Shown: positions 1 through 11,459, counted from the first letter of the stretch. The stretch is DNA of 64,000 bases from an uncultured Acidobacteriaceae bacterium (GCA_963831085.1 CAWHOT010000002.1:986941-1050940), one strand, 5' to 3'. Translations and numbers: made by a program. Notes: generated by a model not told the origin, from the letters alone.

Positions 1-2715
1 ATATATCTCTCTTCCGTCAAGATTCACCTCGCGGGCATCTTCAAAGGCACCGTCTTTATCGTGGTCCTACTGGCGGGCTTGCTAAATTGCGTGCCGAGCA
101 TGGCTATCGATGCGCGGGAGGGATACGGAAACAGTACGTTGCCCGTCACCTATTGGTTGCTGCAGATGATCGCGGAGGAACTGTACGTGTTCCTAATTGG
201 GCTCATCACGTTTTACGCGGGAGTATTGATCTGGAAGGACCGCGATGCTCACATGGACGAAATTACGGATTCGCTTCCGGCGCCGGAGTGGATCTCGTAC
301 GCGGCCCGCTTCACCGCGCTGGCCGCCATGGTCATGCTGGTGCAGTTCCTGGCCTTAGTCAGTGCGGTCGTTGTGCAGACCAGTTACGGGTACCATCGCT
401 ATCAACTGGGGCTTTATCTCAACCAGCTCTTTGTGCGCGATCTCACGCTCTTTTTCTTTCTTGGGGTGCTCGCGTTCTTTATCCACGCGCTGTCGCCGAA
501 CAAGTATGTTGGCTATTTCGCTTATGTCGCTTTACTGATTGTCAATCTTTTTATCTGGAAGCCGCTCAACGTCTCTTCGAACCTGGTCCAATTCGCATCC
601 ACTCCAGACGTTACCTACTCCGACATGTTCGGCGATGCACCGTATATCACGGCCTGGCGCTGGTTCGCGTTGTACTGGATTCTGTTCTGCGGACTCCTTG
701 CCATTGCCACCGTCATGTTCTGGCCGCGTGGCAAGCAAGATCGTTGGGCCGAGCGTGGGCGGATCGCCCGTCTCCGCTTTTCGAGGCCCTGGCCGGCGCT
801 TGCGCTCGTCTGCCTGGTGTCGTTCGCCGCGACTGGAACTTGGATTTTCTATAACACCAAAGTCCTGAACCATCTGATTGGGCCCAAAGACCAATTGGCC
901 CTCCAGGCGGATTACGAGAAAAACTACAAGCAATTCGACAGGCTACTGCAGCCGCGCGTCCGCAGCGACAAGTACTGGGTCGATATCTTCCCCCAGACCC
1001 GCAACGTGACGATGCGCGTGCGGGAAGAACTTTACAACCCATATCCGCAGCCGCTGACTGAAATCCATTACAGCGTCGACCTGCGATACGACACCGACAT
1101 CCAGATTCCCGGCGCAACGCTTGCCAAGAACGATACCCGGCTGTTTTATCGCATTTACCACTTCACGCCCCCGCTTCAGCCCGGCGAATCGCGCACCGCC
1201 GTCTTTACCGTCAAGAGCAAGAATCGCGGATTCGAAGACTCCGTCAGCAACGTGGAAATCAACCAGAACGGCACCTTCTTCAACGACACAGTCGCTCCAA
1301 CGATCGGTTATGACACCTCGCGCGAACTGGACGATCCGAACGACCGCCGCAAATACGGTTTGGGTGAGCAAGTACTGATGCGGCCATTGGAGCGGAACTG
1401 CACCGCCGATTGCATGGACAATTATGGCCGGGGTCATGCGGATTTTACGGACCTGGAAACGGTGATCAGCACCTCTCCCGACCAGATTGCGATCGCGCCC
1501 GGATCGCTGGTGCGGGAGTGGCGCGAGAACGGACGGCGATATTTTGACTACAAGCTAGACCATCCGGCGCTTCACTTCGTCTCGTTCATGTCGGCCCGTT
1601 ACGAGGTGCAACGCGAAGAGTGGAATGGCATCAAGCTCGAGGTTTACTACGACCCGGATCATCCGTGGAATGTGCCCCGGATGATGAAATCGCTGAAGAA
1701 CTCCCTCGAGTACTATACACAGAACTTCGGCCCGTACTACCACAGGGAAGCGAGGATCATCGAATTCCCCCGGGTCGCGCGATTCGCGCAGGCCTTCGCC
1801 GGAACGATGCCGTATTCGGAGTCCATCGGGTTCATCGCCAACCTGAACCACCCCGACGACATCGACATGGTCTATTACGTCGTAGCGCACGAGATGGGGC
1901 ACCAGTGGTGGGCGCATCAGGTAGTGGGCGCCGACATGCAGGGGGCCACGTTGTTGTCGGAATCGCTGGCGCAATACTCGGCGCTGATGGTGATGGAAAA
2001 AGAGTATGGCCGCGACACGATGCGGAAGTTTCTGAAGTATGAAATGGACAACTATCTCCGCTCGCGAGGCCGGGAGCGCCACAAGGAAGAACCCCTGCTG
2101 ACGGTGGAGTCTCAGCAGGGATATGTTCACTACCGCAAGGCCAGTGTCGTTCTCTACTACCTGAAAGAAATGATCGGAGAAGACGCGGTGAACCGGGCGC
2201 TGCGCAAGGTGATCCAGCGCTATGCTTACAACGCGCCGCCGTATCCCACGTCGTATGCGCTGGTGGATGCGCTGCGCGAGGAGACGCCGCCACATTTGCA
2301 ATACTTGATCAAGGATTTGTTCGAAGACATCACCTTGTTCTCAAATCGCACCCTGGATGCCACGGCGGTGAAACGCCCGGATGGCAAATACGACGTCATC
2401 GTCAACGTGGAAACGCACAAATACAAAGCGGACGCCAAGGGCAACGAAACCGAGGTGTCGATGGATGATTGGATCGACATCGGCGCCTTTGCCAAGCCGG
2501 AGAAAGGCCGGAAGTACGGCAAGACACTCTACCGCGATCGAGTGCACATCGCGAATAGCAAGTCCACGTACACTTTCACGACGGCGGAACTACCGGACGA
2601 AGCGGGGGTAGATCCCTTCCTGCTGCTGATCGACCGCGTTCCCGACGACAACACCAAAAAAGTTACGCTGACGAGTGCATCTGCCGCGCCAACGAATCAA
2701 GGTCACGGCCAGTGA
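1..2715 (+). CDS. M1-family (gluzincin) aminopeptidase fused to an N-terminal multi-pass membrane domain; 5' end cut by window edge
   Basis: Frame 1 is open from nt 1 into the listed ORF 61..2715, so the gene starts upstream. The first ~270 aa are hydrophobic helices. HEMGHQWW (HExxH) followed by SESLAQY glutamate matches the M1 zinc site. Confidence 0.8.
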   Translation: MYLSSVKIHLAGIFKGTVFIVVLLAGLLNCVPSMAIDAREGYGNSTLPVTYWLLQMIAEELYVFLIGLITFYAGVLIWKDRDAHMDEITDSLPAPEWISYAARFTALAAMVMLVQFLALVSAVVVQTSYGYHRYQLGLYLNQLFVRDLTLFFFLGVLAFFIHALSPNKYVGYFAYVALLIVNLFIWKPLNVSSNLVQFASTPDVTYSDMFGDAPYITAWRWFALYWILFCGLLAIATVMFWPRGKQDRWAERGRIARLRFSRPWPALALVCLVSFAATGTWIFYNTKVLNHLIGPKDQLALQADYEKNYKQFDRLLQPRVRSDKYWVDIFPQTRNVTMRVREELYNPYPQPLTEIHYSVDLRYDTDIQIPGATLAKNDTRLFYRIYHFTPPLQPGESRTAVFTVKSKNRGFEDSVSNVEINQNGTFFNDTVAPTIGYDTSRELDDPNDRRKYGLGEQVLMRPLERNCTADCMDNYGRGHADFTDLETVISTSPDQIAIAPGSLVREWRENGRRYFDYKLDHPALHFVSFMSARYEVQREEWNGIKLEVYYDPDHPWNVPRMMKSLKNSLEYYTQNFGPYYHREARIIEFPRVARFAQAFAGTMPYSESIGFIANLNHPDDIDMVYYVVAHEMGHQWWAHQVVGADMQGATLLSESLAQYSALMVMEKEYGRDTMRKFLKYEMDNYLRSRGRERHKEEPLLTVESQQGYVHYRKASVVLYYLKEMIGEDAVNRALRKVIQRYAYNAPPYPTSYALVDALREETPPHLQYLIKDLFEDITLFSNRTLDATAVKRPDGKYDVIVNVETHKYKADAKGNETEVSMDDWIDIGAFAKPEKGRKYGKTLYRDRVHIANSKSTYTFTTAELPDEAGVDPFLLLIDRVPDDNTKKVTLTSASAAPTNQGHGQ

Positions 2716-2950
2716 GAATCCCGGGGTAGCCAGGGTTACGCGCGGCGTCAAAGCTACGTTCTCGCCCGATGAGCGCGGTTCCGACACACGTGATGTCACT
2801 TGCCCGTGATTCACAAAGTCGCCTTTCCGGCCGGCAACGTGGTAACGTACGTCGAACCAGGAGAGTCCGTTCGCCCACCGCTATGGCTACTTCTCTCTAT
2901 GGTCTAAGATATTCAGTTTCCACCCGGGAAAGAACTGCAGAGGACTCTCC

Positions 2951-5110
2951 ATGAATGTCGTTCGCCGCACCGCGTTGCCGTTTCTCCTTTCCGTCTCCTC
3001 GCTGCTCTGCGCGGTCGCCGTGCTCGCGGGGAACACGCCGTCTCCGTCCAAGCTCGACTATCCCAAGGCGAAAACTATCGGTCAGGTGGACGATTACCAT
3101 GGCACGAGGGTTGCCGATCCCTACCGCTGGCTCGAAGACACCGATTCTCCTGACACGCTGGCCTGGGTGCAAGCCGAGAACAAGCTGACCTTCAGCTACC
3201 TCGATCAAATCCCCTACCGTCAAGCCATTCGCGAGCGCCTCACGAAACTCTGGAACTACGAGCGCTTTGGTGTGCCCGAGCAGCAGGGCGGACGCTACTT
3301 CTATCAGCACAATAACGGCCTGCAGAACCAAAATGTACTGTTCGTCGCCGATTCGCTGAACGCCGAACCGCGGATGCTGCTCGATCCCAACACGCTTTCC
3401 TCCGATGGCACGGTCGCGCTCTCCGGCCACGCCATTACGGACGACGGCAAGTTGTTGGCCTACGGCACCGCCGCCTCCGGCTCCGACTGGATGGAGTGGC
3501 ACGTTCGCGATGTTGACGGCGGCAAAGACCTGTCTGACCTCATCAAGTGGGTAAAATTCTCCGGTGCTTCGTGGAGCAAAGACGGCAAGGGCTTCTACTA
3601 CAGCCGCTACGACGAGCCCAGGCAGGGCACGGCGTTGCGCGACACAAACTATTTCCAGAAACTCTTTTACCATCGCTTGGGCACGTCACAATCCGAAGAC
3701 AAGCTCATCTATGAGCGCCCCGACAACAAAGAATTAGGCTTCAGCGGCGACGTTACCGACGATGGCCACTACCTCATCATCACCGTCTCGCAAGGCACAT
3801 CTCCCAAGAATCGCCTTTACTACAAGGACCTAAGCCAGCCTGACTCCCCCGTCGTTAAATTGCTCGACGATTTCGATGCCCAATACCAGTTCATCGACAA
3901 CGACGGTACAGTCTTCTGGATCAAGACCGATCTTGACGCTGTCCGCAGCCGGCTGATCGCGATCGATACTCGCACTCCCGAACGCTCCAACTGGAAAACG
4001 ATCGTGCCTCAGGCTGCGGAAACCATGACCAATGCCAACGTCGTTGACAATAAATTCCTGGTCGAATATCTCAAGGACGCTCGAACCGAAGTCCGGGTCT
4101 ACGATCTGCAGGGCAAATTTCTCCGAAACGTTGATCTGCCCGGAATCGGAACTGCTGTGGGCTTTGGCGGCAAGCGCAAGTACAAGGAAACGTTCTATGC
4201 CTTCACCGGCTTTACCGTGCCGACCACCATCTATCGGTACGACCCGGAAAAAGGCGCCAGCTCGGTCTTCCGCCAGCCCAAGGTCGATTTTGATGCCAGC
4301 CGCTATGAAACCAAACAGGTTTTCTACCAGAGCAAAGACGGCACACGTATCCCCATGTTTCTGACCTACAAGAAGGGGCTGAAACTGGACGGCCAGAACC
4401 GGGTGCTGCTCTATGCTTACGGAGGTTTCGACATTTCTCTCACTCCCACTTTCACGGTGCCGAATCTCGTGTGGCTCGAGATGGGAGGCGTTTACGCTCA
4501 GCCCAATCTACGTGGGGGCGGCGAGTATGGCGAAGACTGGCATCTCGCCGGTACCAAACTGCACAAGCAAAATGTTTTCGACGACTTCATCGCTGCCGCA
4601 GAGTGGCTTATTGCCAACCATTACACGACGTCTTCCAACCTGGCTATTCGCGGCGGCAGCAACGGCGGTCTGTTGGTCGGCGCGTGCCTCACTCAGCGGC
4701 CTGACCTCTATGGCGCCACTTTGCCGGCGGTCGGCGTCATGGACATGTTGCGCTTTCACAAATTTACTATCGGCTGGGCTTGGACCTCCGACTACGGTTC
4801 CTCCGACGATCCCGAACAATTCAAGGCCATCTACGCCTACTCGCCTTTACACAACCTGAAGCCGGGGACAAAATATCCTCCCACCTTTATCACCACCGCC
4901 GATCACGACGACCGAGTCGTGCCCGGACACAGCTTCAAGTTTGCAGCCACGATGCAAGCTGATCAAGCCGGGCCCGCGCCGGTGCTGATTCGTGTGGAAA
5001 CCAAGGCCGGACACGGCGCCGGCAAGCCCATCTCGAAGCAGATCGACGAAATCGCTGACGCCTGGGCCTTCGTCGCCTACAACCTCAACATGGACGTGCA
5101 CGTGAAGTAA
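2951..5110 (+). CDS. Prolyl oligopeptidase (S9A serine peptidase), secreted
   Basis: N-terminal signal peptide; DPYRWLED motif near the N-terminus; GGSNGGLL nucleophile-Ser motif; C-terminal HDDRV and GHGAG catalytic Asp/His region; GAGGA RBS before the ATG. Confidence 0.9.
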   Translation: MNVVRRTALPFLLSVSSLLCAVAVLAGNTPSPSKLDYPKAKTIGQVDDYHGTRVADPYRWLEDTDSPDTLAWVQAENKLTFSYLDQIPYRQAIRERLTKLWNYERFGVPEQQGGRYFYQHNNGLQNQNVLFVADSLNAEPRMLLDPNTLSSDGTVALSGHAITDDGKLLAYGTAASGSDWMEWHVRDVDGGKDLSDLIKWVKFSGASWSKDGKGFYYSRYDEPRQGTALRDTNYFQKLFYHRLGTSQSEDKLIYERPDNKELGFSGDVTDDGHYLIITVSQGTSPKNRLYYKDLSQPDSPVVKLLDDFDAQYQFIDNDGTVFWIKTDLDAVRSRLIAIDTRTPERSNWKTIVPQAAETMTNANVVDNKFLVEYLKDARTEVRVYDLQGKFLRNVDLPGIGTAVGFGGKRKYKETFYAFTGFTVPTTIYRYDPEKGASSVFRQPKVDFDASRYETKQVFYQSKDGTRIPMFLTYKKGLKLDGQNRVLLYAYGGFDISLTPTFTVPNLVWLEMGGVYAQPNLRGGGEYGEDWHLAGTKLHKQNVFDDFIAAAEWLIANHYTTSSNLAIRGGSNGGLLVGACLTQRPDLYGATLPAVGVMDMLRFHKFTIGWAWTSDYGSSDDPEQFKAIYAYSPLHNLKPGTKYPPTFITTADHDDRVVPGHSFKFAATMQADQAGPAPVLIRVETKAGHGAGKPISKQIDEIADAWAFVAYNLNMDVHVK

Positions 5111-5300
5111 GCGAAAGGACGCCGATCCCGACATCCCCATCCTGAAGGGAGCCTCGGCTAATGGATTATATGGTGCGACGACGAGACCTTGGCTGCCTTG
5201 AAAATCCTCGCCCCCAAGAGCGTGGGTGAGAACTAGAATTTCGGCGCCGCGATCGAACAAAACTCTACGCTCTTAGCCGCGAAGCGGCCCAAGAATGCAG

Positions 5301-5320
5301 CCCACGGCGCAAGCCGTGGG
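5301..5320. terminator. GC-rich palindromic hairpin in a convergent intergenic region (possible bidirectional terminator)
   Basis: CCCACGGC-GCAA-GCCGTGGG forms an 8-bp stem. A second small hairpin GCCGC-GAA-GCGGC lies just upstream (5275..5289). There is no strong T-tract. Confidence 0.35.
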
Positions 5321-5482
5321 AAGAGTGGAAAACAGACAAACAGACAAGCCCCAGCAGGGCGAAAGAGCAGTTCTCACGCAGTCTCGAAGGGGCGGAACCT
5401 TTACCAACGGAAATCGTCCCTTCTCCATTTCAGGCAAAGACAAGACAGTTTATGCACCCGCGACTATCCGTCCCAGATCGGT

Positions 5483-5629
5483 TTACTGCCAGCCCGTCAG
5501 GACGCATTTCGGGTTATTGGGATCGCACAGCGGAACCCAACCCCGAGTGGTCACTTTCGGAGCAGCGGCATATGCAAATGTTCCTACCAGACCCACCAAC
5601 AGCAGTAATGCTCTCAGAGAACGTTTCAT
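5483..5629 (-). CDS. Small secreted peptide, 48 aa (MKRSLRALLLLVGLVGTFAYAAAPKVTTRGWVPLCDPNNPKCVLTGWQ); not in the ORF track
   Basis: ATG..TAA ORF read by hand on the minus strand. Sec-type signal peptide (basic n-region, Leu-rich core, AYA-A cleavage-like site). Purine-rich GGAAGAAGG lies upstream of the ATG. A perfect sigma-54 promoter lies 60 nt upstream. Confidence 0.6.
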   Translation of the reverse strand: MKRSLRALLLLVGLVGTFAYAAAPKVTTRGWVPLCDPNNPKCVLTGWQ

Positions 5630-5688
5630 TTTGTTTTACCTTCTTCCTTTGAGATTTGATTTATTCAACCTGCTACGCACTTAAGTAA

Positions 5689-5704
5689 TGCAACCGGTGT
5701 GCCA
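5689..5704 (-). promoter_or_regulatory. Sigma-54 (-24/-12) promoter
   Basis: The minus strand reads TTGGCACACCGGTTGCAT, i.e. TGGCAC-N5-TTGCA with canonical GG-N10-GC spacing. It lies in the spacer between the small peptide ORF and a divergent sigma-54 activator gene. Confidence 0.75.
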
Positions 5705-5896
5705 AAAGTAATTATCTGGTTCAGGCTGATGTCGGTGGCGTGCTTTGCATTGATAAGAAAGGAGATAGCGGGGCTGTGCTGCGCGGCGACGGCTGCTCCC
5801 ACCGCCATCTTCCCGCAGCCCCCCTAACAATCGGGTTTGGCGACCTCGCATTTATGTTAGGGAGCGCACGAAACAGGCGGTTGGTATACTCGTCCG

Positions 5897-7849
5897 ATGA
5901 CGAACGATCCCAGTCAGGAGGGCGTTTCCTCCAGCCCTGCCCGGCTGGAGGCGGTGGCCGGCCCTCTCGAAGGCAGAATCTTCCCCCTTGTAGAAGTTGA
6001 GTTATCGATTGGTCGTGAGCCGTCCAACCAGATTTCGCTGCTTGATTCCCTGGTATCGCGCCGGCACTGCGTGATTCGGAGGGATGGCCAGGGATTCCTG
6101 ATTCAGGATCTTGACAGCCGGAATAGTACTTTCGTGAACAATGTGCCGGTTAAAGAGCGATTGCTTGCGGACGGCGACCAGATCCGGATCGGCAAATCGA
6201 TTTTGGTATTTCAAGGCCTGCCCCAAGAGCCTGCCGGCGACAACGCTTCCGTGGAGCTTGATTCCGCGCCAACGCCCGGCGGAGCCACGGTGATATTGCG
6301 AAAGCAGGATGCGATTTACCTGCAGCCTGAGCGGCTACACGCGCTGGACGCCACGGAGCGCACGGTTCGCGATTTGAACGTGCTCCTCAACTTCAGCAAG
6401 AGTCTGAACTCGGTGCACGGCCTGGCTGCGCTTCAGCAGAAAGCGCTGGAAGCCCTCCTCGAAATTTCCCCCGCCGACCGCGCCGCGATCCTGCTAACGG
6501 AAGAGGGGACTGAGGGATTCACTTCCGTGATGGGGTGGGATCGCCGGCTCGGCCCCAATCAACCGATTCAAGTCAGCCAAACGATTCTGAACCAAGTCAT
6601 CGAAGAGAATCTCGCTGTTCTTTGCAACGATGTGGCAAGCGACGAGACATTTCGGGAGGCGGAAAGCCTGTTGGAGCGACAGGTGCGCGCTGTGCTGGCT
6701 GTTCCCCTCGAGGTTCAGGACAAACTCCTGGGCGCACTCTATCTGGATACAAGCTCGCAAGGCGCCCGTTTCGATTCGGCGCTCTTGCAGTTGGTGACAG
6801 CGCTTGGGAACGTGGCCGCGCTGGCGATTGAAAACGCGAGCCACCTGGAACGGCTCGGGGATGAGAATCGGCGGCTACAGCAAGAACTCAACATCCAGCA
6901 CAGCATGGTCGGTGAAAGCCAGCGCATGCGCGAGGTGTATCAGTTTGTCTCCCGGGTGGCGGCACGTGAATCCACTGTCTTGATCCAGGGCGAGAGCGGC
7001 ACCGGAAAGGAACTGGTTGCCCGCGCGATCCATAGTAACAGCGGCCGTGCCAGCCGGCCGTTTGTTGCAATTAATTGTGCCGCGATAGTGGACACGTTGC
7101 TGGAGAGTGAACTCTTTGGCCATGAAAAGGGCGCCTTTACGGGCGCCGTCGCGCAAAAAAAAGGAAAACTGGAGATGGCCGAGGGCGGGACCGTGTTCCT
7201 CGATGAGGTCGGCGAACTGGCCGCGCCGCTCCAGGCCAAGCTGCTGCGGGTTCTGCAGGAACGCGAGTTCGAACGGGTGGGCGGCACGCGCCCCATTAAA
7301 CTCGATATCCGGCTGATTACCGCAACCAACGTCGATCTGAACGAGGCGTCACGCAGCGGGAAGTTTCGCCAGGACCTTTATTATCGGCTCAACGTCGTCT
7401 CCGTTGAGATTCCCCCCTTGCGGGAACGTGCGGAAGACATTCCGTTGCTGGCAGCCTACTTCACCGCGCGCTACAGCGAAAGAGTCAAGCGGCGCGTTGC
7501 CGGCATATCTCCCAAGGCGCGGGCCTGCCTACTGCGCTATTCTTGGCCTGGCAACGTGCGCGAGCTTGAAAACGCCATCGAGCGAGCGGTCGTATTGGGT
7601 TCAACTGAATTGATCTTGCCCGAAGATCTACCCGATTCAATCCTGGAAGAAACGGTATCCTCGGGGGAGCCGGTTACGGCACTCCACGACGGCATCCGCG
7701 AGGCGAAGAAAAAACTCATCGAGCAGGCGATTGAGCAAGCAAACGGGAACTATACCGAGGCTGCCGGTATCCTCGGCGTGCATCCCAACCACCTGTTCCG
7801 GCTCATCCGGACATTGAATCTCACCCCGAAGCGCCAGCGACGGGCATAA
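5897..7849 (+). CDS. Sigma-54-dependent transcriptional activator with FHA + GAF sensor domains, AAA+ core and C-terminal Fis-type HTH
   Basis: N-terminal FHA-like segment ([22 protein letters not shown]); GAF-like middle; GESGTGKE Walker A; [15 protein letters not shown] (GAFTGA loop); C-terminal [21 protein letters not shown]. Confidence 0.9.
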   Translation: MTNDPSQEGVSSSPARLEAVAGPLEGRIFPLVEVELSIGREPSNQISLLDSLVSRRHCVIRRDGQGFLIQDLDSRNSTFVNNVPVKERLLADGDQIRIGKSILVFQGLPQEPAGDNASVELDSAPTPGGATVILRKQDAIYLQPERLHALDATERTVRDLNVLLNFSKSLNSVHGLAALQQKALEALLEISPADRAAILLTEEGTEGFTSVMGWDRRLGPNQPIQVSQTILNQVIEENLAVLCNDVASDETFREAESLLERQVRAVLAVPLEVQDKLLGALYLDTSSQGARFDSALLQLVTALGNVAALAIENASHLERLGDENRRLQQELNIQHSMVGESQRMREVYQFVSRVAARESTVLIQGESGTGKELVARAIHSNSGRASRPFVAINCAAIVDTLLESELFGHEKGAFTGAVAQKKGKLEMAEGGTVFLDEVGELAAPLQAKLLRVLQEREFERVGGTRPIKLDIRLITATNVDLNEASRSGKFRQDLYYRLNVVSVEIPPLRERAEDIPLLAAYFTARYSERVKRRVAGISPKARACLLRYSWPGNVRELENAIERAVVLGSTELILPEDLPDSILEETVSSGEPVTALHDGIREAKKKLIEQAIEQANGNYTEAAGILGVHPNHLFRLIRTLNLTPKRQRRA

Positions 7850-7882
7850 GAGTTGAATAAGGCGCAGCGTTCCCGCTCGTCC

Positions 7883-10462
7883 TTACTTCAGGCCCTTTAT
7901 CAAATAGAGGTTGGCGAGATCGTGCTGAAAGGAGAAAGCGCATATCTTTCCATCCGCGGACAACGCAAGGTCTCCGGTAAACTCGGCCCCAGGCTCGGGA
8001 ACTTTCAGGGTCCGCCAAGGTTCTCGATGTCCGGTGGCGATGTCGAGCCGACTGATCTTGATGGTGTCCTTTTCCGGCTGTTGCAAGAAAAGATAACGTC
8101 CATCACCGCTCCATCGCACCACCGTCTCGCCATTCTGCAACTGACTTATTCTGCGAGGCGGCCCACCGGCAACCGGTGCAAGGGACAGTTGATGCGCGTC
8201 GGCAGTAATGAACCAGCGGCCATCGGGTGAGACTTGGCCCCCCTTGGTTCCTTCAGCCGTCAACGGCGTCGCTTTCTCTGAATCGAGATCGTACATCCAA
8301 GTCCGAACCGGATGCCCCGGCTCATTTTCCGTAAATACGACTCGTTTGCTGTCGGGGAACCACCCGAGTGCTTCGTAGTACCCCACGTCAACATTCAGAA
8401 AACGCGATTCTCCCGGGCCAGTTGGCAGCATCATCAAGCGCGAGCGTGCGGTGTCGCGACGGATGCACACCACCCATTTGCCATTGGGGGAGAGCGCGGG
8501 CTGATTGCCGTACCCCAGTCTTACCGCAGCGGATCCATCGGTCTTCCGTAGGTATATCGCTGTGTTTCGACCTTCGCCATAGGACAGTTCCTGAAAGAGC
8601 AGGCTCTTTGCGTCACTGGAGATCTCATCGATCACGGAAGCGTCCAGCCAGGCGAGATCGCGTTCGTTGGGATGGTCGAAGTCGATATAACGAATGCCCA
8701 GTCGCGAGTTGACCGTAGTGAGCAGCACACGGCCATCCGCGGCCACATCTTGCATTACGATCCAACCGGGAGCCTGGGCGAGAAACCGCTGCTTGCCCGA
8801 AAGATCGACCGCGTAGAACGCCGGATCACTGCCCAACTGGCCAGCAGAGAACCAGATCTCATCTCCCGTTGGGGACCAGTTCAGCGACCCAACGGCTCGC
8901 CATTCTCGGGAGAGCACTTGCTTCGGCTGGTTCAAGCCAACCACACATAGGGAGTAATCTCCAACCTCAGCATCAAAATCGAAAAAAGCCACCAGTTTGC
9001 CATCGGCGGACACTCGTGGCCACAGCGGAGGGCGCGAATCGTTTTCGTAAAGCACGGTCCCGATGGGATACTCGAGGCGATGTTTTCCCCCGAGCGTTCG
9101 GACCACGGCAAGGGTGTCTCCGGTTGGGCTCCAGTCCGCACCGCTGACATTTTCCAGCAACTCACGCGGCGCGCCTCCGCTGAAGGCCACGCGCGCCAGC
9201 GTACCTACGTCATCGTCGCCCAGCAAAATCGCCATTTCGCCGGTATGGGAGATGGCTAGAACTCTTCCCGTGGGAAGACCCAAGGGCCGGGCTTCACGAT
9301 TTCCCGGCTGGGTGGAAAACAGCGTGGACGGCGAGCCGTCCCACTCGGCGCTATAGATAATCGCGTCACCGGGACCAAACTTCGCCGCGGTGACGTCGCC
9401 CCGCCGAAACGTCAGTCGTTGGAAGGTAAGTGGCGCTGCGCGCAAATAACTCCGCGCCGAATACGTGCCTGCGGCAAGTCCAACTAGCAGCAGACCCAAG
9501 GCTCCTAAGATGAGCCAGCGTTTGGCGGGCAGTGCCCTGCGTTTTCCCGCAATCGTTAAACTTGGCCTTGGCTTCTTGGGATCGACGCTGCTTGATTCCG
9601 TCTCCTCCCGCAACTCGTCCAAAGCGACCTTCACGTCGGCCATACTCTGCCAACGGCGCACCGGATCCTTCTTCATGCATCTCGCGATTATCCGTTCCAG
9701 TTCCGGCGGAATGTCAGGAAGGGACTGCGAGGGAGGTTGCGGTTCCTTGTGCAGGACTGCCGAAAGTGAGGCCAGCTTGGACCCGCCCGCGAAGGCACGC
9801 TGTCCGGTAACCATTTCGTAGAGCATGGAACCAAACGAAAAAATGTCGGAGCGGGCGTCGACTTTCTTGCCTTCGGCCTGTTCCGGAGACATATAAGCGA
9901 CGGTGCCGAGGATCGTCCCCTCTTCTGTGAGAGGAGCGCCGTCACCGTGGATGGTTTCCGCAAAAGCATCGGCTTCGACGTCCTCGTTCAGTTTGGCGAG
10001 GCCGAAATCAAGAACCTTGACCACCCCTTGCGGCGTGACCATTACGTTCGAGGGCTTCAGATCGCGATGGATGATTCCGTCCGCGTGTGCGGCGGCGAGC
10101 GCGTCGGCTATCTGCGCTGCATATTTCAGCGCGGTGCGAACGCGCAAGCCTTTGCGCCCGATCAAGTGATCCAGCGTTTCGCCGGCCACATACTCCATGG
10201 CAATGTAGTGAACCGGCTTACCGTCTACCTCCTGGGTGTCGATGTCATAGATGGTGACGATGTTCGCGTGATTCAGTGACGAAGCAGCCTTCGCTTCCTG
10301 AACGAACCGCTTTTCGCGCTCCGCACTGACGGCTGTGGCGCCCAGAACCTTGATTGCGACCGTTCGGTCGAGATGCGAGTCCACGGCTTTATACACGACA
10401 CCCATTCCGCCGGCACCGAGCTTGGACTCGATGCGATAGGAGCGAAGTGTTTTGCCAACCAT
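7883..10462 (-). CDS. Hanks-type Ser/Thr protein kinase with one TM helix and a C-terminal TolB/PD40-like beta-propeller region
   Basis: [14 protein letters not shown] (ATP site), [14 protein letters not shown] motifs. A TM segment ([17 protein letters not shown]) is followed by ~530 aa with repeated WSPDG/SPTGD-type propeller motifs. Confidence 0.9.
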   Translation of the reverse strand: MVGKTLRSYRIESKLGAGGMGVVYKAVDSHLDRTVAIKVLGATAVSAEREKRFVQEAKAASSLNHANIVTIYDIDTQEVDGKPVHYIAMEYVAGETLDHLIGRKGLRVRTALKYAAQIADALAAAHADGIIHRDLKPSNVMVTPQGVVKVLDFGLAKLNEDVEADAFAETIHGDGAPLTEEGTILGTVAYMSPEQAEGKKVDARSDIFSFGSMLYEMVTGQRAFAGGSKLASLSAVLHKEPQPPSQSLPDIPPELERIIARCMKKDPVRRWQSMADVKVALDELREETESSSVDPKKPRPSLTIAGKRRALPAKRWLILGALGLLLVGLAAGTYSARSYLRAAPLTFQRLTFRRGDVTAAKFGPGDAIIYSAEWDGSPSTLFSTQPGNREARPLGLPTGRVLAISHTGEMAILLGDDDVGTLARVAFSGGAPRELLENVSGADWSPTGDTLAVVRTLGGKHRLEYPIGTVLYENDSRPPLWPRVSADGKLVAFFDFDAEVGDYSLCVVGLNQPKQVLSREWRAVGSLNWSPTGDEIWFSAGQLGSDPAFYAVDLSGKQRFLAQAPGWIVMQDVAADGRVLLTTVNSRLGIRYIDFDHPNERDLAWLDASVIDEISSDAKSLLFQELSYGEGRNTAIYLRKTDGSAAVRLGYGNQPALSPNGKWVVCIRRDTARSRLMMLPTGPGESRFLNVDVGYYEALGWFPDSKRVVFTENEPGHPVRTWMYDLDSEKATPLTAEGTKGGQVSPDGRWFITADAHQLSLAPVAGGPPRRISQLQNGETVVRWSGDGRYLFLQQPEKDTIKISRLDIATGHREPWRTLKVPEPGAEFTGDLALSADGKICAFSFQHDLANLYLIKGLK

Positions 10463-10810
10463 GGGTTAACCTCTTGAGGGCTGCAATTCTAATCTAGTTT
10501 AGGTCACGGACGCACAACCACAGCAGAGTGCGCGCCCGCCGCAGCACACAATCGAGTGTAGCCTGAACATTTCCGGATCGAGAGCCGCAGAACTCTCGTC
10601 ATGCTAAAGAGAACGAGCTAGCCGCCGGGTTCCCACCAAAAGCACTAGCCCAAAAAACACTCGACATAGCTGATGCATAGCGACTCGCCGGTATCAAAAT
10701 GGGGGCCCCACGATTCGAATGAGGCTCATGGCGGGCAGGTTCGCTGAACAGGACTCGGCGGGCGGTGGGAGTGAAAAGTGACATATCACACGGCTGTGAG
10801 TAGCTACACG

Positions 10811-11212
10811 ATGAAGAACTTCTTAAGGCTAGTTTGTATCGTGAGTTTGCTGGCAGGTTTCGGTTTCTCTGAAACCATTCCCGATGCATCCAAGCCGCAG
10901 ACTCAGACGTTTTGGAACCTGGAGCGCAAGGTCCTTACAGGTGGGCTTGTTGCTGAATCAATCATCGACGGCGTCCAGACGCAGCGGTTGCTCAACATCG
11001 GGCGCAGTGAAACGAATCCTCTCGCCAAGCCTTTTGTCACCCACGGAGTCAAGGGGCAGGTTGCCGCTTGTGCAATCGGCCTGGGAGCTTCCGTCGGCAC
11101 ACAGTATCTAATGCACAGACTCCACCACGAGCGGATTGCGAAGTGGGTTGGCAGGATGGCACTCGTTGCCGAAGGTGCGGTGGTCATCCACAACAGTCGG
11201 GCCGGCGACTAA
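10811..11212 (+). CDS. Hypothetical exported/membrane protein (133 aa)
   Basis: ORF 10778..11212; the internal ATG at 10811 gives MKNFLRLVCIVSLLAGFGFS, a signal-like N-terminus. No motif recognised. Confidence 0.5.
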   Translation: MKNFLRLVCIVSLLAGFGFSETIPDASKPQTQTFWNLERKVLTGGLVAESIIDGVQTQRLLNIGRSETNPLAKPFVTHGVKGQVAACAIGLGASVGTQYLMHRLHHERIAKWVGRMALVAEGAVVIHNSRAGD

Positions 11213-11459
11213 TTACATCAAACAGTTCTTCGCTCTAGCTGTAGCGCTCCCTTGGGTCGACCTTCGCGGGCTTCACGCTCTGGTTGTGAGGTCGAGCTGC
11301 GGCCTTGGGGTGTGGCAAATCCCCTCCGTGCGTATACCCCCCGTCAACGAATGACGGCTCTGGCATGGTCATATAGACCTCGGAACACTTGGCCTTGGAA
11401 CGGGGTATCCTAGGCAAGACACTTCATCGAGAACTCATTTCTTAGGTTGCGGAGAAGGC

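Noticed and set aside
5295-5684. The 129-aa plus-strand ORF in the 5.1-5.9 kb intergenic region.
   Set aside because: It has no RBS and an odd composition. It lies antisense to the short ORF that has a signal peptide and a sigma-54 promoter.
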